Shown here in pieces: positions 1-12,751 of a stretch of 64,000 nt of DNA (positions within the stretch are counted from its first letter, which is position 1; every line of letters begins with the position of its first letter). Both the position numbers and the translations under genes were made by a program. The DNA is from Nemertoderma westbladi (lineage: Eukaryota; Animalia; Xenacoelomorpha). The DNA is taken from contig JAUCBJ010007419.1 in the NCBI GenBank assembly GCA_032718475.1, forward strand, positions 42,952-106,951, read 5' to 3'. The notes below the pieces were generated by a model. That model was given only the letters and a program-made list of their open reading frames with translations. It was not told where the DNA came from and ran no database searches.

Positions 1-337
1 TCTGCTTTTACTACATTTTTACTAATTTCCTAAGGAGTTAGTTGTACTGTATTGTAAACTTGCCTTATAACCTACAATCTGCTTTTACTAGTACATTTTT
101 ACTAATTTCCTAAAATTTTAATGGACTATCTGACAGCTCAAACGCCATTTACATAGCTACATGTAGCTATGGTACTGTAGCTTTCGTGCTGTGGTCCTAG
201 TATTAGGATAGTAACCCGCCGGACGCGGACAGAGTAGCACCCCGGGATTTTATATCACAGAAATTCCAGAATATAATATGTTTTTTTGGTATTGGTGATT
301 ATTCTAGAATAGTAGTAGATAAGTTTTTGTATGATAG

Positions 338-1332
338 CTAGTTTTTTACAATCAGTGTAACGAAAACTGAAATGGATCAGTTTTTTACAACAGTGTAACG
401 CAAACTGAAATGGATCAGATTTTTTACTATCAGTGTAACGCAAACTGAAATGGATCTGTTTTTTTACTATCAGTGTAACGCAAACTGAAATGGATCAGTT
501 TTTTACAACAGTGTAACGAAAACTGAAATGGATCAGTTTTTTTTGCTATCAGTGTAACGCAAACTGAAATGAATCAGTTTTTTTTACTATCAGTGTAACA
601 CAAACTGAAATGAATCAGTTTTTTTTACTATCAGTGTAACACAAACTGAAATGAATCAGTTTTCTACTATTAGTGTAACGCAAACTGAAATGGATCAGTT
701 TTTTTACTATCAGTGTAACACAAACTGAAATGAATCAGTTTTTTACTATTAGGGTAACGCAAACTGAAATGGATCAGTTTTTTTACTATCAGTGTAACGC
801 AAACTGAAATGGATCAGTTTTTTTACTATCAGTGTAACACAAACTGAAATGGATCAGATTTGTTACTAACAGTGTAACACAAACTGAAATGGATCAGTTT
901 TTTACTATCAGTGTAACGCAAACTGAAATGGATCAGTTTTTTTACTATCAGTGTAACACAAACTGAAATGGATCAGATTTGTTACTAACAGTGTAACACA
1001 AACTGAAATGGATCAGTTTTTTTTGCTATCAGTGTAACACAAACTGAAATGGATCAGTTTTTTTTGCTATCAGTGTAACGCAAACTGAAATGGATCCGTT
1101 TTTTTTACTATCAGTGTAACGCAAACTGAAATGGATCCGTTTTTTTTACTATCAGTGTAACACAAACTGAAATGAATCAGTTTTTTTTACTATCAGTGTA
1201 ACACAAACTGAAATGAATCAGTTTTTTTTACTATCAGTGTAACACAAACTGAAATGAATCAGTTTTTTACAACAGTGTAACGCAAACTGAAATGGATCAG
1301 TTTTTTAACTAACATTGTAACGCAAACTGAAC
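338..1332. repeat. Tandem array, ~41-43 bp monomer (CAGTGTAACGCAAACTGAAATGGATCAGTTTTTTTACTAT)
   Basis: Directly visible head-to-tail copies. Monomer length varies with the T run. Each monomer holds a 7-bp inverted repeat, AAACTGA/TCAGTTT. Confidence 0.95.
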
Positions 1333-1375
1333 GCATCACTCTGCTTTCCTTAAAGCTGATAGAGAAAAAACTCAC

Positions 1376-1726
1376 GTTACATCCTGACCTGTGTTAACAG
1401 CTGGATAAACATATACTGTACAATATTTTACATTGCAGAACTGCCGGTAACTACTACCAGAGGCTACAATAGGCCTACTGAACCAGACAGGGATTGGACT
1501 ACCATACGGTACCGACCATAATGTGTGATATACCCAGAGAACGTATGAACTGCTAGTGCATACCATAAACGCAATACAAACGACTTGCGGTCGCCTTTAC
1601 TAGTTAGGATTAACTCTTATTGTAATTCTTTTCTGCCCTCTACCGTCCAATTATGGAACATCCTTTCGGGGGAAACTCACCAAGCCACTTCCATAAAGTT
1701 GTTAAGCGTCTTGCAATGGAGTCCAT
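1376..1726 (-). CDS. Candidate first two small exons (1681-1726, 1376-1415) of an unidentified minus-strand gene
   Basis: ATG at 1726 reads MDSIARRLTTLWKWL, then donor G|GTGAGT. Acceptor TTGTACAG| precedes 1415 and donor AC|GTGAGT follows 1376. Phases are compatible. No recognisable homology. Confidence 0.3.
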
Positions 1727-2325
1727 AGCAGTTACTACAATACCAATAGTTCCCTATTACTATAATTTAGGAACACCTACAATAAACAGTGCTTTTGCAC
1801 GCATTATTTAACATACTGTAATGGTAGGCCTATTAATTAGGCTTAATCTGATCTACAAAAATCTCTTGGAAATAATTATATTCGTAGGAACTAGAGACCC
1901 ATAGATGATCTTAACTGGGAATATAAGTCATTATTCTAGAATGCGACAATGTTGCACACAATTCTGTTCTATTTAATCAGTCTGGGTTTTCTGGCATTTT
2001 AAATCAGTATGGGGATTTCATTGGTTTATAACGTGTGAAAACAGGTATATTGGTATAATTAAAAATGGTGATAAAAGCTTTACATTTTTAGTATGAATTT
2101 TTCTAGTTCCGCTAAATTTATTTGAGTTTTTTTTTAATTTAACGCTAAATTAAAAACACCGGTTTACTGTAGTTATTAATGTTTGTGGAAATCTAGCCGT
2201 TGAGTAACATTTTGACATTTTGTGACCTTCTTATATTTAATGCAATTAAATAAACCAGTTTTTACATTGTTTTCTTTATTATTATAAATGATATAAAATA
2301 ACATTTGTAAAAGCTATTTTAATAA

Positions 2326-3728
2326 CTATTTCCATATAACTATAACGTTTTCTTCGGAATCCATAATGGCCATTAACTGCGCGAAACTTAACCCATGACG
2401 ACAAGACAATGCGTCGCTATGGCTACCCCCATCGCAGTCAGCCAACACATTATTCCGTAAATCTTCTTTTAGTTTAATAACTCCGAATGGGATGGAATGC
2501 TGGAGTTCCCTTGGAGACTCCGGCACATAGATGGGATACATATAGACCCGCCGTATGTACTTGTGTAGTACAGAGTGCTGCACTAACAGACGCAAGTCAA
2601 CACTAGCTGCTGCTTCCGGTTGCCGTTCTAGAACGTGTTGCATAGTAACACCATGACGCATCTCGGATAGAAGGACACGTATCTAGGGGAACATATGAAA
2701 TGTTTCGGTATTGTATTATATATGTATGAAGATTAAAACTGAAAGTAATTTATAATTATTCGGTGAGATTTAAATACCTGTAATTAATTAATTAAGATTA
2801 ATTAATATCTGAAAATTTTATCGTAATATTTAGCGGCTGTAACTAATTTTACCTGTCTGAATGTTGGCGGCTGTTTTCTAAATCTACATGCGTATTCAAT
2901 GACGTCATTATGTAGTTCGGGGTTGCTATGCAACTCGGCGATCCCGACTTCAGCGCAATAAACGTTGGAGAACTGGAACGCGTCTATAATACCGACGACG
3001 TTGCTGTACATAAGATTCCGGATGGCGGCGAGAACTAACTTAATTTCCGAATCGGTTTCCAAGGCGATCTTAGCGATGTGTTTAACCCCGTCGATGTCTC
3101 TGTAGATTCTCTTCACCGTGAGTTCCCGACATTCCTCGATAAACCGCTCCTTGCCTCTGAGGATCACCGGGACAGCGTGTTCGGCGACGTGGGGCGGGTC
3201 CGGGACGGAAGGGTTCGCGAACAAGTTAATGACGATCTGGGACCCCGATATCGGTATGGTGCACCACGCGGTGGACCACAGCTGCGCGAGGACTTCCTCC
3301 AACAGACCCGGAAGGTTGGCGAGTTTATTGGCGTCGAACAAATAGGATTCCGAGAGTTCTAGATCGCGAAGATACCGCGCCAACTTCATAACAACTCGTC
3401 GATATTTATCGCAATCCGTCTCAGTTTCATCGCAAACAAAAACCAAATTAAACTGCAGGTAATTTCTGTTATCTTTGTATTTCTTTGTATCTTTTATATA
3501 AATAGGACAGCCGATAAAATGGAATCCTTGCGATCTTATCGAGACATATCGACTCTCCAACTCGAGTTTAGGTATCAGATAACATCGAACGCAATCGAAT
3601 ACATCTTTAGTGATGACGTCACTGGGTACCTGAAACCGCAGTGTTGGTCCTTCCAGTTTATGAAATTCGGTGTAAAGCAGACACAGAAGTTTATCGCAGT
3701 AGTTCCTATGTGAAGAGATATGACTCAT
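2326..3728 (-). CDS. NPRL2: GATOR1 complex subunit NPRL2 (Npr2 family), two exons: 3728-2853 and 2682-2326, ~410 aa
   Basis: Npr2 motifs EFHxxxGP-x-x-x-FQVP, YLIPKxEL, IGCPI, RNYLQFNLVFV, IDGVKHIAKIA, FQFSNVY and C-terminal DGxxHSDALSC...VIWK. Phase-0 intron 2683-2852 (CAG|GTAAAA ... CCCCTAG|ATA) joins ORFs 2802-3743 and 2326-2661 in frame. First in-frame ATG is at 3728. Confidence 0.93.
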
Positions 3729-3984
3729 CGCAGACCACAGCAAAATATAGGCGACATTTTAAAATGTGGAAAATAAAAACCAAATTTGGTACAAAAAGAT
3801 AAATTAATTTCAAAACATATTTATTTTCCTTATTTATTAAGCCAATTAAAGCAATAAATCGTAACGGTAAATTTTATATGCTTTAAAGAATATTAAATCC
3901 TATTAAACATCTACAAACTGAAACTAATTAATGTGGACTGTCAGAAAAACGAAGTTCAAAAATAAGGTTCAGATGTCGCACGTG

Positions 3985-6888
3985 AAGTCAGACAGGGCGG
4001 TGTCCATGGTTACTGGGATGGAGGCCGTCTGACAGGGCGGGGTCCATGGTTACGGAGATGGAGACAGTCAGGCAGGGCGGGTCTATGGTTACTGGGATGG
4101 AGGCCGTCAGACAGGGCGGGGTCCATGGTTACGGAGATGGAGACAGTCAGGCAGGGCGGGTCTATGGTTACTGGGATGGAGGCCGTCAGACAGGGCGGGG
4201 TCCATGGTTCCGGGGATGGAGACAGTCAGACAGGGCGGGGTCCATGGTTCCGGGGATGGAGGCCGTCAGACAGGATGGGGTCCATGGTTCCGGGGATGGA
4301 GACAGTCAGACAGGGCGGGGTCCATTGTTACTGGGATGGAGGCCGTCAGACAGGGCGGGGCGGGGTCCATGGTTCCGGGGATGGAGGCCGTCAGACAGGG
4401 CGGGGTCCATGGTTACAGGGATGGAGGCCGTCAGACAGGGCGGGGCGGGGTCCATGGTTCCGGGGATGGAGGCAGTCAGACAGGGCGGGGTCCATGGTTC
4501 CGGGGTTGGAGACAGTCAGACAGGGCGAGGTCCATGGTTACTGGGATGGAGGCCGTCAGACAGGGCGTGGTTCATGGTTCCGAAGATGGAGACAGGGAGG
4601 GGTCTATGGTTCTGGGGATGGAGGCCATCAGACACGGCGGGGCGGGGTCCATGGTTCCGGGGATGGAGGCCGTCAGACAGGGCGGTGTCCATGGTTCCGG
4701 GGATGGAGACAGTCAGACGGGGCGGCCTCCATGGTTCCGGGGATAGAGGCCGTCAGACAGGGCGGCCTCCATGGTTCCGGGGATGGAGGCAGTCAGACAG
4801 GGCGGCCTCCATGGTTCCGGGAATGGAGACAGTCAGACAGGCCGTGTCTATGGTTCCGGGGATGGAGACAGTCAGACAGGGCGGCCTCCATGGTTCCGGG
4901 GATGGAGGCAGTCAGACAGGGCGGGGTCCATGGTTCCGGGGTTGGAGACAGTCAGACAGGGCGGCCTCCATGGTTCCGGGGTTGGAAAAAGTCAGACAGG
5001 GCGGCCTCCATGGTTCCGGGGATGGAGACAGTCAGACAGGCCGGGTCTATGGTTCCGGGGATGGAGACAGTCAGACAGGGCGGGGTCCATAGTTCCGGGG
5101 ATGGAGGCCGTCAGACAGGGCGGGATGCATGGTTACTGGGATGGAGGCCGTCAGACAGGGCGGGTCTATGGTTCCGGGGATGGAGACAGTCAGACAGGGC
5201 GGTGTCCATGGTTCCGGGGATGGAGGCCGTCAGACAGGGCGGTGTCCATGGTTCCGGGGATGGAGGCCGTCAGAGAGGGCGGTGTCCATGGTTACTGGGA
5301 TGGAGGCCGTCAGACAGGACGGCGTCCATGGTTACTGGGATGGAGGCAGTCAGACAGGGTGGGGTCCATGGTTCCGGGGATGGAGGGGTTTGGTGAATTC
5401 TTAGCCCGCGAGTTAGTAAAGCAGCAGGTTAGTAAAGGAGCAGGTTTCAGAGGCTATTGGGGGAAACAAAACAATAAACGTTATTGTTTTGCGGGCTAAG
5501 AATGCGCACGGGCTAAGAATATTCGCGGGCTAAGAATACTCGCGGGCTAAGAATTCCTGAGACCGAAGGAGGCCATCAGCGGGGTCCATGGTTCTGGGGA
5601 TGGAGGCCGTTAGAAAGGGCGGGATCCATGGTTCCGGGTTCCGGGAATGGAGACCGTAAGACAGGGCGGGTTTCATGGTTCCGGGAATGGAGACATTCAG
5701 ACAGGGCGGCCTCCATGGTTCCGGGGATGGAGGCCGTCAGACAGGGCGGGTCTATGGTTACTGGGATGGAGGCCGTCAGGCAGGGCATGGTTCCGGGAAT
5801 GGAGACAGTCAGACAGGGCGGCCTCCATGGTTCCGGGGATGGAGGCAGTCAGACAGGGCAGGGTCCATGGTTCCGGGGATGGAGGCAGTCAGACAGGGCG
5901 GCCTCCATGGTTCCGGGGATGGAGGCCGTCAGACAGCGAGTGTTCCATGGTTCCGGGAATGGAGACAGTCAGACAGGCCGGGTCTATGGTTCCGGGGATG
6001 GAGGCAGTCAGACAGGGCGGCCTCCATGGTTCCGGGGATGGAGGCCGTCAGACAGGGCGGGGCGGGGTCCATGGTTCCGGGGATGGAGGCAGTCAGACAG
6101 GGCGGGGTCCATGGTTCCGGGGATGGAGACAGTCAGACAGGCCGGGTCTATGGTTCCGGGGATGGAGACAGTCAGACAGGCCGGGTCTATGGTTCCGGGG
6201 ATGGAGACAGTCTGACAGGGCAGGGTCCATGGTTCCGGGGATGGCGGCAGTCAGACAGGGCAGGGTCCATGGTTCCGGGGATGGAGGCAGTCAGATAGGG
6301 CGGGGTCCAAGGTTCCGGGGATGGAGACAGTCAGACAGGCCGGGTCCATGGTTCAGGGGATGGCGGCAGTCAGTCAGGGCGGCCTCCATGGTTCCGGGGA
6401 TAGAGGCCGTCAGACAGGGCAGCCTCCATGGTTCCGGGGATGGAGGCAGTCAGACAGGGCGGCCTCCATTGTTCCGGGGATGGAGGCAGTCAGACAGGGC
6501 AGGGTCCATGGTTCCGGGGATGGAGGCAGTCAGATAGGGCGGGGTCCAAGGTTCCGGGGATGGAGACAGTCAGACAGGCCGGGTCCATGGTTCAGGGGAT
6601 GGCGGCAGTCAGTCAGGGCGGCCTCCATGGTTCCGGGGATAGAGGCCGTCAGACAGGGCAGCCTCCATGGTTCCGGGGATGGAGGCAGTCAGACAGGGCG
6701 GGGTCCATGGTTCCGGGGATGGAGACAGTCAGACAGGCCGGGTCTATGGTTCCGGGGATGGAGACAGTCAGACAGGGCGGGGTCCATGGTTCCGGGGATG
6801 GAGACAGTCAGACAGGCCGGGTCTATGGTTCAGGGAATGGAGACAGTCAGACAGGCCGGGTCTATGGTTCCGGGGATAGAGGCCGTCA
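3985..6888. repeat. GC-rich minisatellite, ~39-45 bp monomer (GTCAGACAGGGCGGGGTCCATGGTTCCGGGGATGGAGGCC)
   Basis: Directly visible tandem copies. Explains all overlapping + ORFs at 4046-6928. Confidence 0.95.
5387..5564. mobile_element. MITE inserted in the minisatellite (GG termini, 8-bp TSD; Merlin- or Mutator-like)
   Basis: Imperfect TIRs: left GGTTTGGTGAATTCTTAGCCCGCGAGT, right (reverse complement) GGTCTCAGGAATTCTTAGCCCGCGAGT. Flanks GATGGAGG / GAAGGAGG match 7/8. Four subterminal CGGGCTAAGAAT repeats. Confidence 0.75.
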
Positions 6889-7778
6889 GTTAACGGAATA
6901 TTACTTTGAAAACATTTACAACATCTAATGAGGGTTTCTGAGTTATAGATATTTATTCCTGTATGTTTAGCCTCGATCCATCGATAAAATCTACTGCTGT
7001 CACCAATAGATCGCCCTAATATAAAGTCAATGTCAATGAACTTCTAGGCGCAATAAATGAATTGTCCCGGGTTTACATAGTTTAATATAAGTGTGACCTT
7101 GTAAATAGAAATAAATAAAGAAAGAGAAACAATTGAAGAATAACATGTGAGGTAGACAAAATTACTTTTATATATTATTATATTTGTGACAGCTGTTAGG
7201 GACGTTGAACAAGTTGATAAATATAAATATAATTTATTGTTAGATTATAATACAAGCGGGCGACCAAGCAGGGTTTGGTTGTAAAGCCATATGGTTCGGC
7301 CGGGTGTAACACAAAGAGATGATTGCTTCAATGCTCTCTCAGACTAGGGCGAACAACCCTCAATACAATTAGTTTACTGTAAATGGCGAAATGATATTGC
7401 CTAATACGTTTGTCAACATAAAACTTATAATATCTACGTTATGTACTTTATTAAGAGTTCACAGTATTTATTTACTTAGGACGACAATTCACACGCGATA
7501 AGCACGACTCATAAAGCGCAATCATTGTGTTCAGGGAACTGGGAATTATTGTGCAATATTGTATCAATTCAGTTATCAGTTTTATTATTATTAACATTAA
7601 TGAATACAACTGCAGTTACAGACTAGAGACACAAATCAATATAAAAAGTAAACATAACCCACGACAGTGAAGAACTACTAACAATTTATTGTCCTAATAT
7701 TAATTATGTCCACAATAAACTAACAGCAGTTCTAATATATATATAATGGCGATATCTAATATTTAATAAACACTATTT

Positions 7779-10700
7779 ACTTCGCTGTATTTTCCCGTTA
7801 CCTATTTGACCTTTATGTATTTTCCCCCAAACTTCGCTGTATTTTCCCGTTACCTATTTGACCTTTATGTATTTTCCACCAACCTTCGCTGTATTTTCCC
7901 GTTACCTATTTGACCTTTATGTATTTTCCCCCAAACTTCGCTGTATTTTCCCGTTACCTATTTGACCTTTATGTATTTTCCACCAACCTTCGCTGTATTT
8001 TCCCGTTACCTATTTGACCTTTATGTATTTTCCCCCAAACTTCGCTGTATTTTCCCGTTACCTATTTGACCTTTATGTATTTTCCACCAAACTTCGCTGT
8101 ATTTTCCCGTTACCTATTTGACCTTTATGTATTTTCCCCCAAACTTCGCTGTATTTTCCCGTTACCTATTTGACCTTTATGTATTTTCCACCAACCTTCG
8201 CTGTATTTTCCCGTTACCTATTTGACCTTTATGTATTTTCCACCAAACTTCGCTGTATTTTCCCGTTACCTATTTGACCTTTATGTATTTTCCCCCAAAC
8301 TTCGCTGTATTTTCCCGTTACCTATTTGACCTTTATGTATTTTCCCCCAAACTTCGCTGTATTTTCCCGTTACCTATTTGACCTTTATGTATTTTCCCCC
8401 AAACTTCGCTGTATTTTCCCGTTACCTATTTGACCTTTATGTATTTTCCCCCAAACTTCGCTGTATTTTCCCGTTACCTATTTGACCTTTATGTATTTTC
8501 CACCAAACTTCGCTGTATTTTCCCGTTACCTATTTGACCTTTATGTATTTTCCCCAAACTTCGCTGTATTTTCCCGTTACCTATTTGACCTTTATGTATT
8601 TTCCCCCAAACTTCGCTGTATTTTCCCGTTACCTATTTGACCTTTATGTATTTTCCCCCAAACTTCGCTGTATTTTCCCGTTACCTATTTGACCTTTATG
8701 TATTTTCCCCCAAACTTCGCTGTATTTTCCCGTTACCTATTTTACCTTTATGTATTTTCCACCAAACTTCGCTGTATTTTCCCGTTACCTATTTGACCTT
8801 TATGTATTTTCCCCCAACCTTCGCTCTATTTTCCCGTTACCTATTTTACCTTTATGTATTTTCCACCAAACTTCGCTGTATTTTCCCGTTACCTATTTGA
8901 CCTTTATGTATTTTCCCCAAACTTCGCTGTATTTTCCCGTTACCTATTTGACCTTTATGTATTTTCCCCCAACCTTCGCTGTATTTTCCCGTTACCTATT
9001 TTACCTTTATGTATTTTCCACCAAACTTCGCTCTATTTTCCCGTTACCTATTTTACCTTTATGTATTTTCCACCAAACTTCGCTGTATTTTCCCGTTACC
9101 TATTTGACCTTTATGTATTTTCCACCAAACTTCGCTGTATTTTCCCGTTACCTATTTGACCTTTATGTATTTTCCCCAAACTTCGCTGTATTTTCCCGTT
9201 ACCTATTTGACCTTTATGTATTTTCCCCCAAACTTCGCTGTATTTTCCCGTTACCTATTTGACCTTTATGTATTTTCCACCAAACTTCGCTGTATTTTCC
9301 CGTTACCTATTTGACCTTTATGTATTTTCCCCCAAACTTCGCTGTATTTTCCCGTTACCTATTTTACCTTTATGTATTTTCCACCAAACTTCGCTGTATT
9401 TTCCCGTTACCTATTTGACCTTTATGTATTTTCCCCCAACCTTCGCTGTATTTTCCCGTTACCTATTTTACCTTTATGTATTTTCCACCAAACTTCGCTG
9501 TATTTTCCCGTTACCTATTTTACCTTTATGTATTTTCCACCAAACTTCGCTGTATTTTCCCGTTACCTATTTGACCTTTATGTATTTTCCCCCAAACTTC
9601 GCTGTATTTTCCCGTTACCTATTTGACCTTTATGTATTTTCCACCAAACTTCGCTGTATTTTCCCGTTACCTATTTGACCTTTATGTATTTTCCACCAAA
9701 CTTCGCTGTATTTTCCCGTTACCTATTTGACCTTTATGTATTTTCCCCAAACTTCGCTGTATTTTCCCGTTACCTCAAACTTCGCTGTATTTTCCCGTTA
9801 CCTATTTGACCTTTATGTATTTTCCACCAACCTTCGCTGTATTTTCCCGTTACCTATTTGACCTTTATGTATTTTCCCCCAAACTTCGCTGTATTTTCCC
9901 GTTACCTATTTGACCTTTATGTATTTTCCACCAAACTTCGCTGTATTTTCCCGTTACCTATTTGACCTTTATGTATTTTCCCCAAACTTCGCTGTATTTT
10001 CCCGTTACCTATTTGACCTTTATGTATTTTCCACCAAACTTCGCTGTATTTTCCCGTTACCTATTTGACCTTTATGTATTTTCCCCAAACTTCGCTGTAT
10101 TTTCCCGTTACCTATTTGACCTTTATGTATTTTCCCCCAACCTTCGCTGTATTTTCCCGTTACCTATTTTACCTTTATGTATTTTCCACCAAACTTCGCT
10201 GTATTTTCCCGTTACCTATTTTACCTTTATGTATTTTCCACCAAACTTCGCTCTATTTTCCCGTTACCTATTTGACCTTTATGTATTTTCCACCAAACTT
10301 CGCTGTATTTTCCCGTTACCTATTTGACCTTTATGTATTTTCCCCAAACTTCGCTGTATTTTCCCGTTACCTATTTGACCTTTATGTATTTTCCCCCAAA
10401 CTTCGCTGTATTTTCCCGTTACCTATTTGACCTTTATGTATTTTCCACCAAACTTCGCTGTATTTTCCCGTTACCTATTTGACCTTTATGTATTTTCCAC
10501 CAAACTTCGCTGTATTTTCCCGTTACCTATTTTACCTTTATGTATTTTCCACCAAACTTCGCTGTATTTTCCCGTTACCTATTTGACCTTTATGTATTTT
10601 CCACCAAACTTCGCTGTATTTTCCCGTTACCTATTTTACCTTTATGTATTTTCCACCAAACTTCGCTGTATTTTCCCGTTACCTATTTTACCTTTATGTA

Positions 10701-12751
10701 TTTTCCACCAAACTTCGCTGTATTTTCCCGTTACCTATTTGACCTTTATGTATTTTCCACCAAACTTCGCTGTATTTTCCCGTTACCTATTTGACCTTTA
10801 TGTATTTTCCACCAAACTTCGCTGTATTTTCCCGTTACCTATTTGACCTTTATGTATTTTCCACCAAACTTCGCTGTATTTTCCCGTTACCTATTTGACC
10901 TTTATGTATTTTCCACCAAACTTCGCTGTATTTTCCCGTTACCTATTTGACCTTTATGTATTTTCCACCAAACTTCGCTGTATTTTCCCGTTACCTATTT
11001 GACCTTTATGTATTTTCCCCCAAACTTCGCTGTATTTTCCCGTTACCTATTTGACCTTTATGTATTTTCCACCAAACTTCGCTGTATTTTCCCGTTACCT
11101 ATTTGACCTTTATGTATTTTCCCCAAACTTCGCTGTATTTTCCCGTTACCTATTTGACCTTTATGTATTTTCCACCAAACTTCACTGTATTTTCCCGTTA
11201 CCTATTTGACCTTTATGTATTTTTCCCCAAACTTCGCTGTATTTTCCCGTTACCTATTTGACCTTTATGTATTTTCCCCAAACTTCGCTGTATTTTCCCG
11301 TTACCTATTTGACCTTTATGTATTTTCCACCAAACTTCGCTGTATTTTCCCGTTACCTATTTGACCTTTATGTATTTTCCCCCAAACTTCGCTGTATTTT
11401 CCCGTTACCTATTTGACCTTTATGTATTTTCCACCAAACTTCGCTGTATTTTCCCGTTACCTATTTGACCTTTATGTATTTTCCCCCAAACTTCGCTGTA
11501 TTTTCCCGTTACCTATTTGACCTTTATGTATTTTCCACCAAACTTCGCTGTATTTTCCCGTTACCTATTTGACCTTTATGTATTTTCCCCAAACTTCGCT
11601 GTATTTTCCCGTTACCTATTTGACCTTTATGTATTTTCCACCAAACTTCGCTGTATTTTCCCGTTACCTATTTGACCTTTATGTATTTTCCCCCAAACTT
11701 CGCTGTATTTTCCCGTTACCTATTTGACCTTTATGTATTTTCCCCCAAACTTCGCTGTATTTTCCCGTTACCTATTTGACCTTTATGTATTTTCCACCAA
11801 ACTTCGCTGTATTTTCCCGTTACCTATTTGACCTTTATGTATTTTCCACCAAACTTCGCTGTATTTTCCCGTTACCTATTTGACCTTTATGTATTTTCCA
11901 CCAAACTTCGCTGTATTTTCCCGTTACCTATTTGACCTTTATGTATTTTCCACCAACCTTCGCTGTATTTTCCCGTTACCTATTTGACCTTTATGTATTT
12001 TCCCCCAAACTTCGCTGTATTTTCCCGTTACCTATTTGACCTTTATGTATTTTCCACCAAACTTCGCTGTATTTTCCCGTTACCTATTTGACCTTTATGT
12101 ATTTTCCACCAAACTTCGCTGTATTTTCCCGTTACCTATTTGACCTTTATGTATTTTCCCCCAAACTTCGCTGTATTTTCCCGTTACCTATTTGACCTTT
12201 ATGTATTTTCCACCAACCTTCGCTGTATTTTCCCGTTACCTATTTGACCTTTATGTATTTTCCCCCAACCTTCGCTGTATTTTCCCGTTACCTATTTGAC
12301 CTTTATGTATTTTCCCCAAACTTCGCTGTATTTTCCCGTTACCTATTTGACCTTTATGTATTTTCCACCAAACTTCGCTGTATTTTCCTGTTACCTATTT
12401 GACCTTTATGTATTTTCCACCAAACTTCGCTCTATTTTCCCGTTACCTATTTGACCTTTATGTATTTTCCACCAAACTTCGCTGTATTTTCCCGTTACCT
12501 ATTTTACCTTTATGTATTTTCCCCCAAACTTCGCTGTATTTTCCCGTTACCTATTTTACCTTTATGTATTTTCCCCCCAAACTTCGCTGTATTTTCCCGT
12601 TACCTATTTTACCTTTATGTATTTTCCACCAAACTTCGCTGTATTTTCCCGTTACCTATTTTACCTTTATGTATTTTCCACCAAACTTCGCTGTATTTTC
12701 CCGTAATCTACTTGACCTCTATGTATTTTTCCCCATACTTCGCTGTATTTT
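7779..12751. repeat. Homogeneous satellite, 51-52 bp monomer (ACTTCGCTGTATTTTCCCGTTACCTATTTGACCTTTATGTATTTTCCACCAA), ~95 copies
   Basis: Directly visible. The right-most diverged monomer overlaps the end of the TAP26-like CDS. Confidence 0.97.

Noticed and set aside
2802-2852. NPRL2 ending at 2802 as in the ORF track
   Set aside because: This is read-through into the intron. The conserved C-terminus is in the 2682-2326 exon.
3078-3713. Antisense ORFs over NPRL2 (likewise over SCO1 and pol)
   Set aside because: Shadow ORFs of real coding sequence.
4046-6928. Long overlapping + strand ORFs (up to 423 aa)
   Set aside because: All three frames give the same periodic peptide, an artefact of a stop-poor minisatellite.
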